Positions 10,179 to 20,074 of a DNA stretch of 64,000 nucleotides are shown piece after piece. Both the position numbers and the translations under genes were made by a program. How positions within the stretch are numbered: the first letter of the stretch is position 1; the number at the start of each line of letters is the position of its first letter. Under the pieces are notes generated by a model, which searched no databases, had not been told where the DNA came from, and saw only the letters and a program-made list of their open reading frames with translations. This stretch comes from an uncultured Methanoregulaceae archaeon (lineage in GTDB: Archaea; Halobacteriota; Methanomicrobia; Methanomicrobiales; Methanospirillaceae), in NCBI GenBank assembly GCA_963737635.1, contig CAVTTL010000001.1, positions 1,952,001 through 2,016,000 on the forward strand, written 5' to 3'.

Positions 10179-10989
10179 TCAGTTTGTTTGTGTTTTTGTG
10201 GCATCTGAAATATATCTGACACCTTTTGTTGTCAGCTGGACTTCACGCCGGATTGTCACCACTTCTGCTATTCCAAGCTTGATAATCCGGTCATAAATCT
10301 CATCGAGCTGTTTATGGGGGAGACTCAGGCATGTTCTCGATGGCATGGGAGTCCATTCCAGAATACACCAGCATCGCCACCTGCTGGTCAATGGCATCCA
10401 GTTCATTGCCATTCATATCCATTCCCTTTGTAGCGTCTTTGAGGAAATTGGTAAGTACCTGGAGCGTGGAGAGAGGACAGAGGACGAGACTTGACACAAC
10501 CTCACCGGACTCAACATGATCGATCCTTACAACGTCGGTCTGCTTTCCCTGAACATCCCGTTTGGTCAGTTCGATCGCTGCGACATCCTTTAACGGAACA
10601 CAGATCTGTTTTACCGCACTGACAAACCAGATGCCGGTCTTTACGACCACGATGCTGCCTTTTTCCCATTGCGCATCCTTGGCAAGTACTCCTCCCCGGA
10701 TTGCCGGAGACATAAAATATGCCATGAGACGATACGCATTGCAATTGGCAAGAATAAGACGTTTTAAAACAATGAGGACTTTTTCAACGCTTGCGATACG
10801 AACGATGGCATCCGGGTTTCCTTTGAAGGTAATAATGAGAACGTTCTTTTTTTCCTCAAGGTTAAACACAGATTTGAAAAGAACCTCTTTATTGACCGGT
10901 GCGGGTAATGTAATCCGGTCTTCGTCGAGCGAAGCCTGAATAACAATCCATTTACCTTCATGTTCAATTTTCAACGGGACTTCTTTCAT
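10179..10989 (-). CDS. cheF: Archaeal chemotaxis adaptor CheF (one indel near 10329)
   Basis: SPAIRGGV...WEKG, QVAMLVYSGM, C-terminal REVQLTTKG in ORF 10179-10412; located between fla and che genes. Confidence 0.85.
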
Positions 10990-11058
10990 GGGACACACGC
11001 GCGATGTTTTTGTCAGGTTTGATAATTTCCGTAGTACCGGATTTGATACCGTGCAGAT

Positions 11059-12297
11059 CTACTTTATTCCCTGAACTGACGGATTTTTCTTCTCTGCTCC
11101 TTTGCTTGCGATATTGAACTGCTCCGAAATATCTGATAGTTCCTTTTCTATATCTGTTGCCGGAGCCTTAAAATCTTTTAATTCGCGAAGCAGACTGACA
11201 TCCTTCTCTTTTTTAATTTGTTTGATGTCGCTCGCTAGCGAACTGAGCATATCGTCGTCGCTGGTTGGGGTAGTACCTGATGCAAATGAAGAAATATCCG
11301 ACTGGTCCTCCATGCCGAACTCAGGAGCCCCGGCCGGTGTTATGGGGGTAGCGGGAATGAGGCTGCTCGACCCCGGTGCTGGCCCGGCGGCGGGTTGAGG
11401 CGCCGCGGCAGGTGTTTCCATAACACTGTTGTCATCCCCAAGATCGATTTCATCAAGATTTATACTGTCCAGATCCCCCAGATTTTCGCCAAGACCGTCC
11501 CCTCCTTCGGTTTCGTCTGCAATGTCCTCAGCATTTGCTGCGAGAATCGCGCTCGCTTCGTCAGTAGTTTCTTCAGGCAGGGGCGGCATTTCCACATCTG
11601 GCAGGGAAATGCCGGAATCATCAACTTGTTGTACACCGTGGGTATCCGGTGACGGGGCTGATAATTCCGGTTCATCCAGACCGTCCAGCAGACCTGTTTC
11701 GAGTTCTTCACCGGAAAGTGAGAGGAACGGATCGATCTCCTTCCCGCTCCCTCCCGGGAGAGCTCCTCCGGCACCACCTCGGGATCCGATCGCAGCCGGC
11801 ACCGTTCCGGCACTCTCAAGCGCAGAACTCCTGCTGACTCTTTCGCTTATGGTATGATCCAGCAGCTTATCGATCTCTTCCACTTTTTTTCTGGGTTTTC
11901 TGCGTTCGGTAAGAATCTTTCCCAGCGATTCAACAGATGATGCCAGTAACGAGAGATGGGCACGGATACCACCAGATTTTTCCACGGTCTTTACCGGGAG
12001 TTTCTTTTCAACCTTTTTTCCTCCAGTATTTTTCTGGGCCGCAGGTGTTTTTTCGGTAATCTGCCGGGATTCAGGCTTCTGCAAAGCAGGTTTTTTGCGT
12101 TTACTGGTAATAGAGAGCGTTGAAGTAGCTTCTTTTATCTCTGCTACCGTGATTGCCCCAAGCAGGATCAAAAGGAGAAGACCGACTGCCACAATCAGGA
12201 GCAACATGTAGATAAGAGGGATATTTACCAGAATCATGGCAGAGCCAAGTCCCACGATCGTAACAAAAATAACCAGTCTGCGGACACTGTCTTTCAT
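11059..12297 (-). CDS. Membrane-anchored hypothetical protein with long acidic disordered region
   Basis: N-terminal hydrophobic segments, Lys-rich then D/E/P/A-rich linker, helical C-terminus; ATG 1 nt after flaJ stop. Confidence 0.75.
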   Translation of the reverse strand: MKDSVRRLVIFVTIVGLGSAMILVNIPLIYMLLLIVAVGLLLLILLGAITVAEIKEATSTLSITSKRKKPALQKPESRQITEKTPAAQKNTGGKKVEKKLPVKTVEKSGGIRAHLSLLASSVESLGKILTERRKPRKKVEEIDKLLDHTISERVSRSSALESAGTVPAAIGSRGGAGGALPGGSGKEIDPFLSLSGEELETGLLDGLDEPELSAPSPDTHGVQQVDDSGISLPDVEMPPLPEETTDEASAILAANAEDIADETEGGDGLGENLGDLDSINLDEIDLGDDNSVMETPAAAPQPAAGPAPGSSSLIPATPITPAGAPEFGMEDQSDISSFASGTTPTSDDDMLSSLASDIKQIKKEKDVSLLRELKDFKAPATDIEKELSDISEQFNIASKGAEKKNPSVQGIK

Positions 12298-12298
12298 A

Positions 12299-13936
12299 TT
12301 ATACACCCGTTCCTGATACTCCACCGCCTATGCTCGTCAGCGCCTGCACACTGAAAAAGAGACCCACTACCATTGGTGCCACCATAAGAATAAGTCCGGT
12401 TAATGTGCAGAATATTGCCGCGTAGAAATAATACATGTATCGATCCCCTCCGCCCACGATACGTGCAGCGATAATGTTGGACATAGTGAGAATGGTGAGC
12501 GTTATGATGACATAAGTCTGCATCGCCGCTGCCGGGAAATTGGAGAAGAGGTTCAGGCCGCCGCTAAATACACTCCCCACGGAGATACCAGCACTCTCGC
12601 CCCCGGATGCTGCAGACAGGTTCTGGAACTGGCTCATCATGGTCGACACGGATCCGGTGAGCACGAGAAGAATCTGGTATAACGCGACAAAAAGGCCGAT
12701 CATGGCGACATGCATCGGTACCAGAAGAACGATAAAACCTCGTGCAAGCATATCTTTTTTCTCCCTGAGAAGCGTCTGTTCAAGCATCGAAGATCCCACG
12801 ACAGTTCCAATGGGTTCCGGCGGTCCCCCGAGTGCCACGGTGTCCCGGTAAATGTTGAGATACTTATAGATGAGGTTGCTTCCGGCCTCCCCGATAAACT
12901 TGTCCCAGCACTGTTTTTCATCGAGTCCGAGATTGAGTTTTGAATACACAGAATTTATCAGGGGTTCAAGGGCGGAAAGAGATTTCCGGTCGATTCTCCC
13001 TAACGCATACACGGCAGTGGTTCCCTGCCCCCCCATCACCGCGCCAAAACTCCTTATAAACACGGAAAAATCGTTGTCCCGTAGAGTAATGTTGTGGTCA
13101 TCAATATAACCGATGATGCCGAGCGGGGCCATCAGAACACCTGCAAGAATAAAGATCAGGCTTGCTGAGATCCCGAGAACTGCAAGAATGACAACAATGG
13201 CAAGCGTAACCGGGACAATAATCCGTTCCATGGCATGGATAGTCCCCTGCTCCTTTGAAGTACGCTCAGAGAGCCCGTGACTTTTGGGGTCGTCGGGGAC
13301 TGACGTATACATAAGGACAATACCAAATACAGAGATTGCAAGGATAACAGAGTATGAGATATCGAATGTCGTCTGGATATCTGTGGGGGTATAGATCACG
13401 ACCGACATCATTATGATGACAGCGATAACAGTTCCCGAGAGGAGCATGGCAACATAGGCGTCCCCCCATTTCTGCAGCATGGACATTCCCTGCTCCAGCT
13501 GGTTCCGGTAGACGCTGCGAACCGTTGCGAGTTCGTTAGTTAAGAAATCCTCATCCGGGACACCGGAATCGATAGAGTTGGAATACCGGTTCAGCATGCT
13601 CTTGAGAATTTCGTTCTGCGTTCGTTCGGCAACAATGGACATGCTTTCCGAATAACTATAATTCCACTTTTTCACAAACGTATCCACTTTTGCGATGTAC
13701 CTTGCTGAAATGTACTCGTGGCGTTTTGCTGCAAAGGAAAAAATCTCGGGACGCGTAGCATTGGCTATCGCAAGCGACGCCATATAGGTCGTCATGAACA
13801 GAAGATCCGCGCCCATCTTTTTGTTCTCCCGGAGATTCGCGAGCCTCTCTTTTAGTCCCTGGATTTGGGAGGCAAAAGGAGGCGATCGGGCTGGTTGCGC
13901 TTGGGAAGCGTTCGGGAGGGCGGTCTCATCAGGCAT
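12299..13936 (-). CDS. flaJ: Archaellum platform protein FlaJ/ArlJ
   Basis: 545 aa polytopic membrane protein (T2SSF-like) directly after flaI. Confidence 0.9.
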   Translation of the reverse strand: MPDETALPNASQAQPARSPPFASQIQGLKERLANLRENKKMGADLLFMTTYMASLAIANATRPEIFSFAAKRHEYISARYIAKVDTFVKKWNYSYSESMSIVAERTQNEILKSMLNRYSNSIDSGVPDEDFLTNELATVRSVYRNQLEQGMSMLQKWGDAYVAMLLSGTVIAVIIMMSVVIYTPTDIQTTFDISYSVILAISVFGIVLMYTSVPDDPKSHGLSERTSKEQGTIHAMERIIVPVTLAIVVILAVLGISASLIFILAGVLMAPLGIIGYIDDHNITLRDNDFSVFIRSFGAVMGGQGTTAVYALGRIDRKSLSALEPLINSVYSKLNLGLDEKQCWDKFIGEAGSNLIYKYLNIYRDTVALGGPPEPIGTVVGSSMLEQTLLREKKDMLARGFIVLLVPMHVAMIGLFVALYQILLVLTGSVSTMMSQFQNLSAASGGESAGISVGSVFSGGLNLFSNFPAAAMQTYVIITLTILTMSNIIAARIVGGGDRYMYYFYAAIFCTLTGLILMVAPMVVGLFFSVQALTSIGGGVSGTGV

Positions 13937-13937
13937 G

Positions 13938-15803
13938 TTATGAACCGATGGTTAGGAGACCCTGTTTTTTAATTTTGGTCATCATGTGAAAGAGATCCCA
14001 GAATTTTACGTAACCGGCCTTGTGCAGGCGTTCAAGGATCTTTGCGCGTTTCTCCACTTCAAGGTAAATCTCTGATTTCCTGTTGTCCGGTATACCAAGC
14101 ATGGTAGCGATCTTGCTTTCGAGAAGAAATGAGCTGCCCTTCCCGGACCAGACAAATGTATCGGACACCGGTTCCCAGGTAAACATCTGGACAAACGTAA
14201 ATCCGCCGGTCTCCGCATTATATCCAACCAGTTCGTTGCAGCTGATCATCCGGCGTACGGTCTGACCATCGGGTCGTTTGACAGCACTCTGGATGATGAC
14301 CAGATTGAGATTGTCGACATACGTTTTGGGGATATTGATGGGATCGCCGCAGAGACGCTGGATCAATTTCTCCACGGATGCCGCATGGAAGGTACTCATC
14401 ACGGGGTGACCGGTCTGCATCGCGCCGAATGCAACACTCCCTTCGACACCACGGATCTCACCGACAAGAATCTGGTTGGGGCGCTGACGCAGTGCGGCTT
14501 TGAGAAGATCGAACATGGTAACCTCTCCACCTGAGCCAGTCCCTTCACCCTTACCCTTCGCAAGTGCTACCTCCCGTACCCAGTTCCGGTGTGGGACACT
14601 GAGCTCCGGAGTGTCTTCAATACTAACGATTTTGTTTTCCGGAGGGATGAAGGTGGTAATCGCATTCAAAAGCGTGGTCTTTCCGCTTGCAGTTTCACCG
14701 CTCACGAATAGCGACATCCCATATTCAACGCAAATCCAGAGATACGCAGCGGCCGTGTAATCGATACCATTACTCTCAACGATGTTGAGGATGGAAAGCG
14801 GCACCTCATTGACTTTTCGTATAGAGAAGTTGCTGCCATGTTTACTGATCTCGGTGCCGTAGACGATGTTGATACGGGAACCATCCGGGAGGGTTGCATC
14901 AACTATGGGGCTCCGGTACGTGATGGGCCTTTTTATCCGTTCCGCTACCTTGATCACAAATTCGTCCAGTTCGCTCGATACCTTGAACTCAATAACCGAT
15001 TTCAGCCCCTTGAAGATCTTGTGTTCTATGAAGATCGGCCCGACTCCGTCACAGGAGATATCTTCAATATAGGGATCGGAAAGGAACGGCTTGAGCACCC
15101 CCATATCTATTTTATCCCGGACAAGAAGATATTCGATTGCCTTATACTCGTAATTGGTCAGGATGATTTTACCATCAGGAGTGATGGGAAGGTTCCTACT
15201 CTTTTTATTGGATTTCATCTTGTTCTGGGCCGTGAAATCCGTGTTAAGGAACGTAACCAGTTTAGAGGCTGCACCTTCTTGTTTTTCCGTCCTCGTCAGG
15301 CTTGCCATATCCACACCTGGAGGCTTGATCACTGCTACAGTGGCGAGCATCTTTTTTATGACGTCTGTCCTTTCCTTGTCCGTTGTCGGATCTGTTTCAA
15401 GGCCGTCAATGAGATCTATGAGCTTGGTCTCAATAGCAGGAAGGATATCGCTTACGCTGTGCAGGAAGGAGGGTTCAATGGGGATGTAGAAGTTCCTGAC
15501 GTCATCAGGGTCCGGAAGAATATGGACGAAGGTGGTATCGTTCACCGGGTAGATGATGTTAGGATTCTTCATGGAACGAACGTCCTTTTTTAATTCGGAT
15601 AAAAAGAGGGGTATCCCGTAGGTATTTACTGGAAACATATGGAGGTATTCGAGAAGATGGGGGCTGTTCTGGACATATTCCTTAGCATTTGCCGGTAACA
15701 TCTTGAACAAGGCATCCGATTCGAGGTCCGCATAGAGATCGACATCTACAGCGACCGGTTCAGGTTTGAACGGTAGGTTTACTGCAACGGACAGGGAACC
15801 CAT
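13938..15803 (-). CDS. flaI: Archaellum motor ATPase FlaI/ArlI
   Basis: GETASGKTT Walker A, SIEDTPEL, ALRQRPNQILVGEIRG, TGH...TFHA. Confidence 0.93.
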   Translation of the reverse strand: MGSLSVAVNLPFKPEPVAVDVDLYADLESDALFKMLPANAKEYVQNSPHLLEYLHMFPVNTYGIPLFLSELKKDVRSMKNPNIIYPVNDTTFVHILPDPDDVRNFYIPIEPSFLHSVSDILPAIETKLIDLIDGLETDPTTDKERTDVIKKMLATVAVIKPPGVDMASLTRTEKQEGAASKLVTFLNTDFTAQNKMKSNKKSRNLPITPDGKIILTNYEYKAIEYLLVRDKIDMGVLKPFLSDPYIEDISCDGVGPIFIEHKIFKGLKSVIEFKVSSELDEFVIKVAERIKRPITYRSPIVDATLPDGSRINIVYGTEISKHGSNFSIRKVNEVPLSILNIVESNGIDYTAAAYLWICVEYGMSLFVSGETASGKTTLLNAITTFIPPENKIVSIEDTPELSVPHRNWVREVALAKGKGEGTGSGGEVTMFDLLKAALRQRPNQILVGEIRGVEGSVAFGAMQTGHPVMSTFHAASVEKLIQRLCGDPINIPKTYVDNLNLVIIQSAVKRPDGQTVRRMISCNELVGYNAETGGFTFVQMFTWEPVSDTFVWSGKGSSFLLESKIATMLGIPDNRKSEIYLEVEKRAKILERLHKAGYVKFWDLFHMMTKIKKQGLLTIGS

Positions 15804-15804
15804 A

Positions 15805-16539
15805 TCAGATCCTCGCAAAACTCATCGGTATGACTTTCATGCCATAGCCCGGATGTACTTCAAAACTGACGAGGTTTCCGGTTGTTTTTCGTGCACCGCG
15901 GACCTTGACAACTTCCATGACCATAACGTACTTATCCCCAACAAGGGCTTTTTTCATATTCAGATGGGCATCGCAGATTGACCTGATCCTGACCAGGGTA
16001 TCTTCCTCAAATGCATAGGTATGGAGCGTGATAAGGATAGTCTTACCATGATCGACAAGTGACTTGCAATTGGTAAAAAAGGTGAGTATAGTATCCGTCT
16101 CAGCGTATTCGGTAAAAAGTGTCAGCGCGTCGATGACTGCGACCTGTGCCGGGCTGTTTTTAATGTAGGAAATCAAGCGGATCAGAATCCCCTCCATCTC
16201 CTCTTTTTTCCATTCAAAACCGACTACGTGGAGGGGAAATACCTTGAGATATCCCCAGGAAAAATAATCGGCGATATCAAGGCTCATTGATTCCATTTGC
16301 TTAATAAAGCTCTTGCTGGTGTTTTCCGTAGTGAACAGATCTACGGACAACCCCTGCTTCATAGCACCCCAAACAATTTGCTGGGTAAGAACACTCTTAC
16401 CGGTATCATTCTCCCCTTCAATAAGAGTCAGCGAACCCACCGGAAGACCATCGGCCATCTTCTTATCCAGTTCATTATTGCCAGTAGAGATGATTTGCCG
16501 GTCCTCGCCACCCATCAAATCGGAAAGTTCAACTGCCAT
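15805..16539 (-). CDS. flaH: Archaellum RecA-like ATPase FlaH/ArlH
   Basis: IEGENDTGKSVLTQQ, RIRSICDAHL, SFEVHPGYG. Confidence 0.92.
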   Translation of the reverse strand: MAVELSDLMGGEDRQIISTGNNELDKKMADGLPVGSLTLIEGENDTGKSVLTQQIVWGAMKQGLSVDLFTTENTSKSFIKQMESMSLDIADYFSWGYLKVFPLHVVGFEWKKEEMEGILIRLISYIKNSPAQVAVIDALTLFTEYAETDTILTFFTNCKSLVDHGKTILITLHTYAFEEDTLVRIRSICDAHLNMKKALVGDKYVMVMEVVKVRGARKTTGNLVSFEVHPGYGMKVIPMSFARI

Positions 16540-16553
16540 TTTCTCTTTCCCCT

Positions 16554-17042
16554 TCAAAGAAATGCTGAAGCATAGACCCCGTTCGCTGTAGTAATCTGGA
16601 ACCAGTGGGGGGATAAACCCGTTGTTACAACCAGAATCCTGAATGTTTCGCCAGGATCCAGTTCAGAGGAATGGATAACATAAGTTCCCTGGTTAGTAAT
16701 TGTCCAGGTGCCGGGAGGTTGAGGTTGTGTTGTTGAATAGGTATACAACTGGTAGTTATTGGTATCGTTATCGTAGACGATAACATCCATATGCGTGAAA
16801 TCCGAGATGACTTCGTTTCCAGTATTAGTAATCGTGCAGTTGATATTCTCAGTATTCAGGTCAATACCTGTTTGACCGATGGTAAAGTCGGTTTTGAGTT
16901 GTTTTTCTTCGAGCAGGCTAGCGGATTTTTGTGCATTGTTGACAATCTGGGCAGTGGAAATAACACTCGCAACGAGGAGGTACGCAACGATCACCAGAAG
17001 GATTACCCCAACTGCCGCCCCTATAAGATCTGCAACAGCCAT
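16554..17042 (-). CDS. flaF: Archaellum accessory protein FlaF/ArlF
   Basis: N-terminal TM helix, NTGNE and LDPGET motifs; directly upstream of flaH. Confidence 0.7.
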   Translation of the reverse strand: MAVADLIGAAVGVILLVIVAYLLVASVISTAQIVNNAQKSASLLEEKQLKTDFTIGQTGIDLNTENINCTITNTGNEVISDFTHMDVIVYDNDTNNYQLYTYSTTQPQPPGTWTITNQGTYVIHSSELDPGETFRILVVTTGLSPHWFQITTANGVYASAFL

Positions 17043-17056
17043 CCCGGAACACCTTT

Positions 17057-17564
17057 TTAGGGAGTGGTAGTCACCGTAAACTGGTCAGAAGTCGAGATTC
17101 CATTGGGCAGGCTGAACTGGAAATATACCGGATTTGCCGTGTTTATCGTAGTGGTATATGCGTCGATCTCCAGCGTTTCACCGGGATCCCAGTAATTATT
17201 GTTATTGAGATCGCTTAACATGTATGACCATTGCCCATTGTTCAGGGGAGCGGACGTATTATCCAACGTCAAACGGTTGAAATTTCCTGCATCGCCGCAG
17301 ATGACATCGGATCGCTGGATATCGGCAACGAGCTATCCGTTCACTCCCCGTATTTTTCATCCAGACCTTGACGTACTGGCTTTGATTTGCAACATCCAGA
17401 ATAATCTGGATATTGGTCCGAAGCTGCACGTCAGATGTATGTCCGGCTGAAGAAAACGTCCCGGTCATCTGGTAGAAAACCGGGAATATGGCACTGATGA
17501 GTACACCCGCAGCTATGACTGCTGTTATCAGGAAGAGTGCTGTCGTGAATGTATCGGCGGACAT
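17057..17564 (-). CDS. flaG: Archaellum accessory protein FlaG/ArlG (one indel near 17330)
   Basis: MSADTFTTALFLITAVIAAG..., VWMKNTGS, YWDPGETLEI; joins ORFs 17259-17564 and 17057-17272. Confidence 0.75.
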
Positions 17565-17567
17565 CGG

Positions 17568-18470
17568 TTAGATCCTGTCCGGCAGGTTCATCCACTCTTC
17601 GTCTTTTCTGGCAGGCTTTGAAGGTTCCCGTTCTTTAGAGGGTAATTCAGGAGCCTCAGATCTTTCATTTGCCGGTAATGTCTGCTGGCGCTGTTCCATC
17701 ATGACCTCAATCATGTCCCGGTCAAGAGAGGAATCATTGGGAGACAGGATCCGGTTGAGTGCATACAGTTCAGAGACGAATTCATCCGGTCCAACCTCAT
17801 GTTCGTCCCCAAGATTTGCAGGCATCAGGCGAGAGATCTCCTTGATCTCGTCACAGGACTCCCGCGAGATATACCCCATGATACGATACGATTCGAGAAT
17901 GATATCAAGACGGTCGTGCCCGAATTTGCGAATGGCAGCATTGGTCCACTTGAAAAGTTTGTACACTTTCTGGAGCCGGAGTTTTTCATTGGCAAGCGCA
18001 TTCGGGCCGCCTTTATATCCGTTAGTCAGGAGCTGGGTCTTTATACGAGATATCATCTGCTCGTCCGGTATGTGTCTTTCCTCACTGGCAAGTTTGGAAA
18101 CTACTCCGGATTTTGATTCCTGATCTCCTTTTTTATTCGCCGCTTCAATGTTTTCCGTTTCCTGTTTAGCTTTTGCGGCGTCAAGTGTGGATTCCCGTGC
18201 CTCCAACGCCGCCTCTTTTGCATCCAGTGCTGCCTTTTTTGCGGCGTCTACGGAATCAGACGCTCCCCCTGACTCGGGAGTTCCTCCGGATGTGGTAAGG
18301 GTAAACGGATTCTCCATCTCATTCATCCGTTCCCTGATATCCATTAACAGACGCTTGATGGAGGTTTTAATAAGATCGACTTCCCGTTCGAGGTTCTGGA
18401 GCTTGACTTCGGGATCATCCTCAGAAGCTGCGGTGATGATATGGTCGACCTGTGTCTGATTTACCGCCAT
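17568..18470 (-). CDS. FlaC/D/E-like archaellum switch-complex protein
   Basis: N-terminal coiled coil ending ENPF; C-terminal 'KW...KFG...LDIILESY..MGYIS' resembles FlaD/E domain; lies between flagellins and flaG. Confidence 0.7.
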   Translation of the reverse strand: MAVNQTQVDHIITAASEDDPEVKLQNLEREVDLIKTSIKRLLMDIRERMNEMENPFTLTTSGGTPESGGASDSVDAAKKAALDAKEAALEARESTLDAAKAKQETENIEAANKKGDQESKSGVVSKLASEERHIPDEQMISRIKTQLLTNGYKGGPNALANEKLRLQKVYKLFKWTNAAIRKFGHDRLDIILESYRIMGYISRESCDEIKEISRLMPANLGDEHEVGPDEFVSELYALNRILSPNDSSLDRDMIEVMMEQRQQTLPANERSEAPELPSKEREPSKPARKDEEWMNLPDRI

Positions 18471-18497
18471 AGCATTTAATTATTTCCTGTTTTTAGT

Positions 18498-18512
18498 TAA
18501 TATACTTTCCTC
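18498..18512 (-). promoter_or_regulatory. Putative BRE/TATA for the accessory fla genes
   Basis: GAGGAAAGTATATTA about 28 nt upstream of ATG 18470. Confidence 0.3.
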
Positions 18513-18580
18513 AGAAGCACGAGGGTTTGCAGCGATTTTTTTCTGTTTTGGCGTTCAGAAACCGCTTTTTGGTAAATTCA

Positions 18581-18594
18581 ATAAAAAAAAGAGA
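18581..18594 (-). terminator. Oligo-T terminator after second flagellin
   Basis: TCTCTTTTTTTTAT immediately after flaB stop on the minus strand. Confidence 0.45.
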
Positions 18595-19200
18595 TTAGTA
18601 GAGTGGCTGGACTGCTGTCAGGCCACCGGGGATCGTCCTCTGAATCGGAAGGACTGCTCCTACTGACGGTTGGAAATTAATCGAGAAGATTGTGTTTGGT
18701 GTTGCCGTGGTAGGCAATCCAACCATCAGAATCATTTGAGCGTTGTTATCGAGCATGGCGCCCGTTGTTGCGTTATTAATTTTCTGTCCAATGCACCATG
18801 TGGAAGGAGCCGGTGTACCGGTAGTAGGACAGGTTCCGCTATCTGTCCCTATGCCTCCATAGGTCATATTTGCATTGTGGCCTCCGTTATTATCAGTATA
18901 GGATACCACCATTGTTGACAGATCGATGGGGGTGCCACCGGCAGTGAGTGCAACGGTGACATTCACATAGTCAAGATAGTCGTTACTTGTATCTTTAATC
19001 CCATAAGTATTCCCAACTTCTTGCAGGCTTGAACTGGCCTGTGCGACTCCCGTGTGGACTGTTGACTGTGCAGTCTGGGATGTGAAGAACCCGGCGCCGA
19101 GCACCACGTACGAGAATACAGCAGCAACGACTACGAATGCGATGAGAACGATGGCTGCTTCAAGTCCGGTGAATGCATTCTCTGAGTAAAGATTTCTCAT
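18595..19200 (-). CDS. flaB: Archaellin (archaeal flagellin) 2
   Basis: Class III signal peptide NA/FTGLEAAIVLIAFVVVAAVFSYVVLGAGFF; GGAGGGTGA RBS. Confidence 0.95.
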   Translation of the reverse strand: MRNLYSENAFTGLEAAIVLIAFVVVAAVFSYVVLGAGFFTSQTAQSTVHTGVAQASSSLQEVGNTYGIKDTSNDYLDYVNVTVALTAGGTPIDLSTMVVSYTDNNGGHNANMTYGGIGTDSGTCPTTGTPAPSTWCIGQKINNATTGAMLDNNAQMILMVGLPTTATPNTIFSINFQPSVGAVLPIQRTIPGGLTAVQPLY

Positions 19201-19215
19201 TTTTTTCACCCTCCT

Positions 19216-19800
19216 TTAGTATACCTCATACCATGTATTTGCCGTCATTCCTGCAGGAACCGTCCTCGCAATCGGAAGCGCTGCACCGATCGGGGGATTC
19301 ACCTGAACAACAAATTGGGTATTGACACCCAGATCTGATGATCCGAGATTTGGTGCAACAGTTACAAGGACCATCTCACGGGGATTGAGTAATCCGGCAT
19401 GGGCAGTCTGACCGAGATCTATCGGGGTATTTTGTTGAACCCACGTGTAATTGACGCTAGCATTGGTAAAGGTCTCTACCTGTGTAGGAGTGGAAACCGT
19501 ATACGTCACTTTACTCATATCCACAGCATTACCACCCGCAGCAAGCTGAAGGTAGAAGGTAATATTCGCAATACCAGTACCATCACTGTCGGATTGTACA
19601 CTTACCGGCCCGGATGGTTCCACTGCCGATGTAGCCTGGCTAACACCTGTGTGGACAGTCTGCTGTGCCTTCTGCGTCGTGAAGAACCCGGCGCCAAGCA
19701 CTACGTATGAGAACACCGCCGCGACAACAACGAATGCGATGAGCACAATCGCTGCCTCGAGGCCAGTGAACCCTTCATCGTTATGTTTATACGAACTCAT
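19216..19800 (-). CDS. flaB: Archaellin (archaeal flagellin) 1
   Basis: EG/FTGLEAAIVLIAFVVVAAVFSYVVLGAGFFTTQK; GGTGA RBS. Confidence 0.95.
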   Translation of the reverse strand: MSSYKHNDEGFTGLEAAIVLIAFVVVAAVFSYVVLGAGFFTTQKAQQTVHTGVSQATSAVEPSGPVSVQSDSDGTGIANITFYLQLAAGGNAVDMSKVTYTVSTPTQVETFTNASVNYTWVQQNTPIDLGQTAHAGLLNPREMVLVTVAPNLGSSDLGVNTQFVVQVNPPIGAALPIARTVPAGMTANTWYEVY

Positions 19801-19870
19801 GAATTCACCTTCGTAGATTAGTAGACACTAGTCGGTACCAGCGTCTCTTATTGTTAAAGAGTATTTAATC

Positions 19871-19884
19871 TATAAATAATTTTG
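19871..19884 (-). promoter_or_regulatory. Putative flagellin promoter TATA box
   Basis: CAAAATTATTTATA in the AT-rich divergent intergenic region, about 70 nt upstream of flaB1 ATG. Confidence 0.4.
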
Positions 19885-20074
19885 CTGAAAATGAAAAAAC
19901 CCTTGTGCATTCTTTTTAAATTTTTATGCATATAAAACCGTAATTGGGGAGCTTTATGATGGGATTTTCTCATATATAATTTCTTTGAGCAACCCCAGTT
20001 AATTAAAAATGGGTATATCACGATTGTCACCTCTTTTTATTTATGAAACGATACAATATGAGAACACGGTACCC

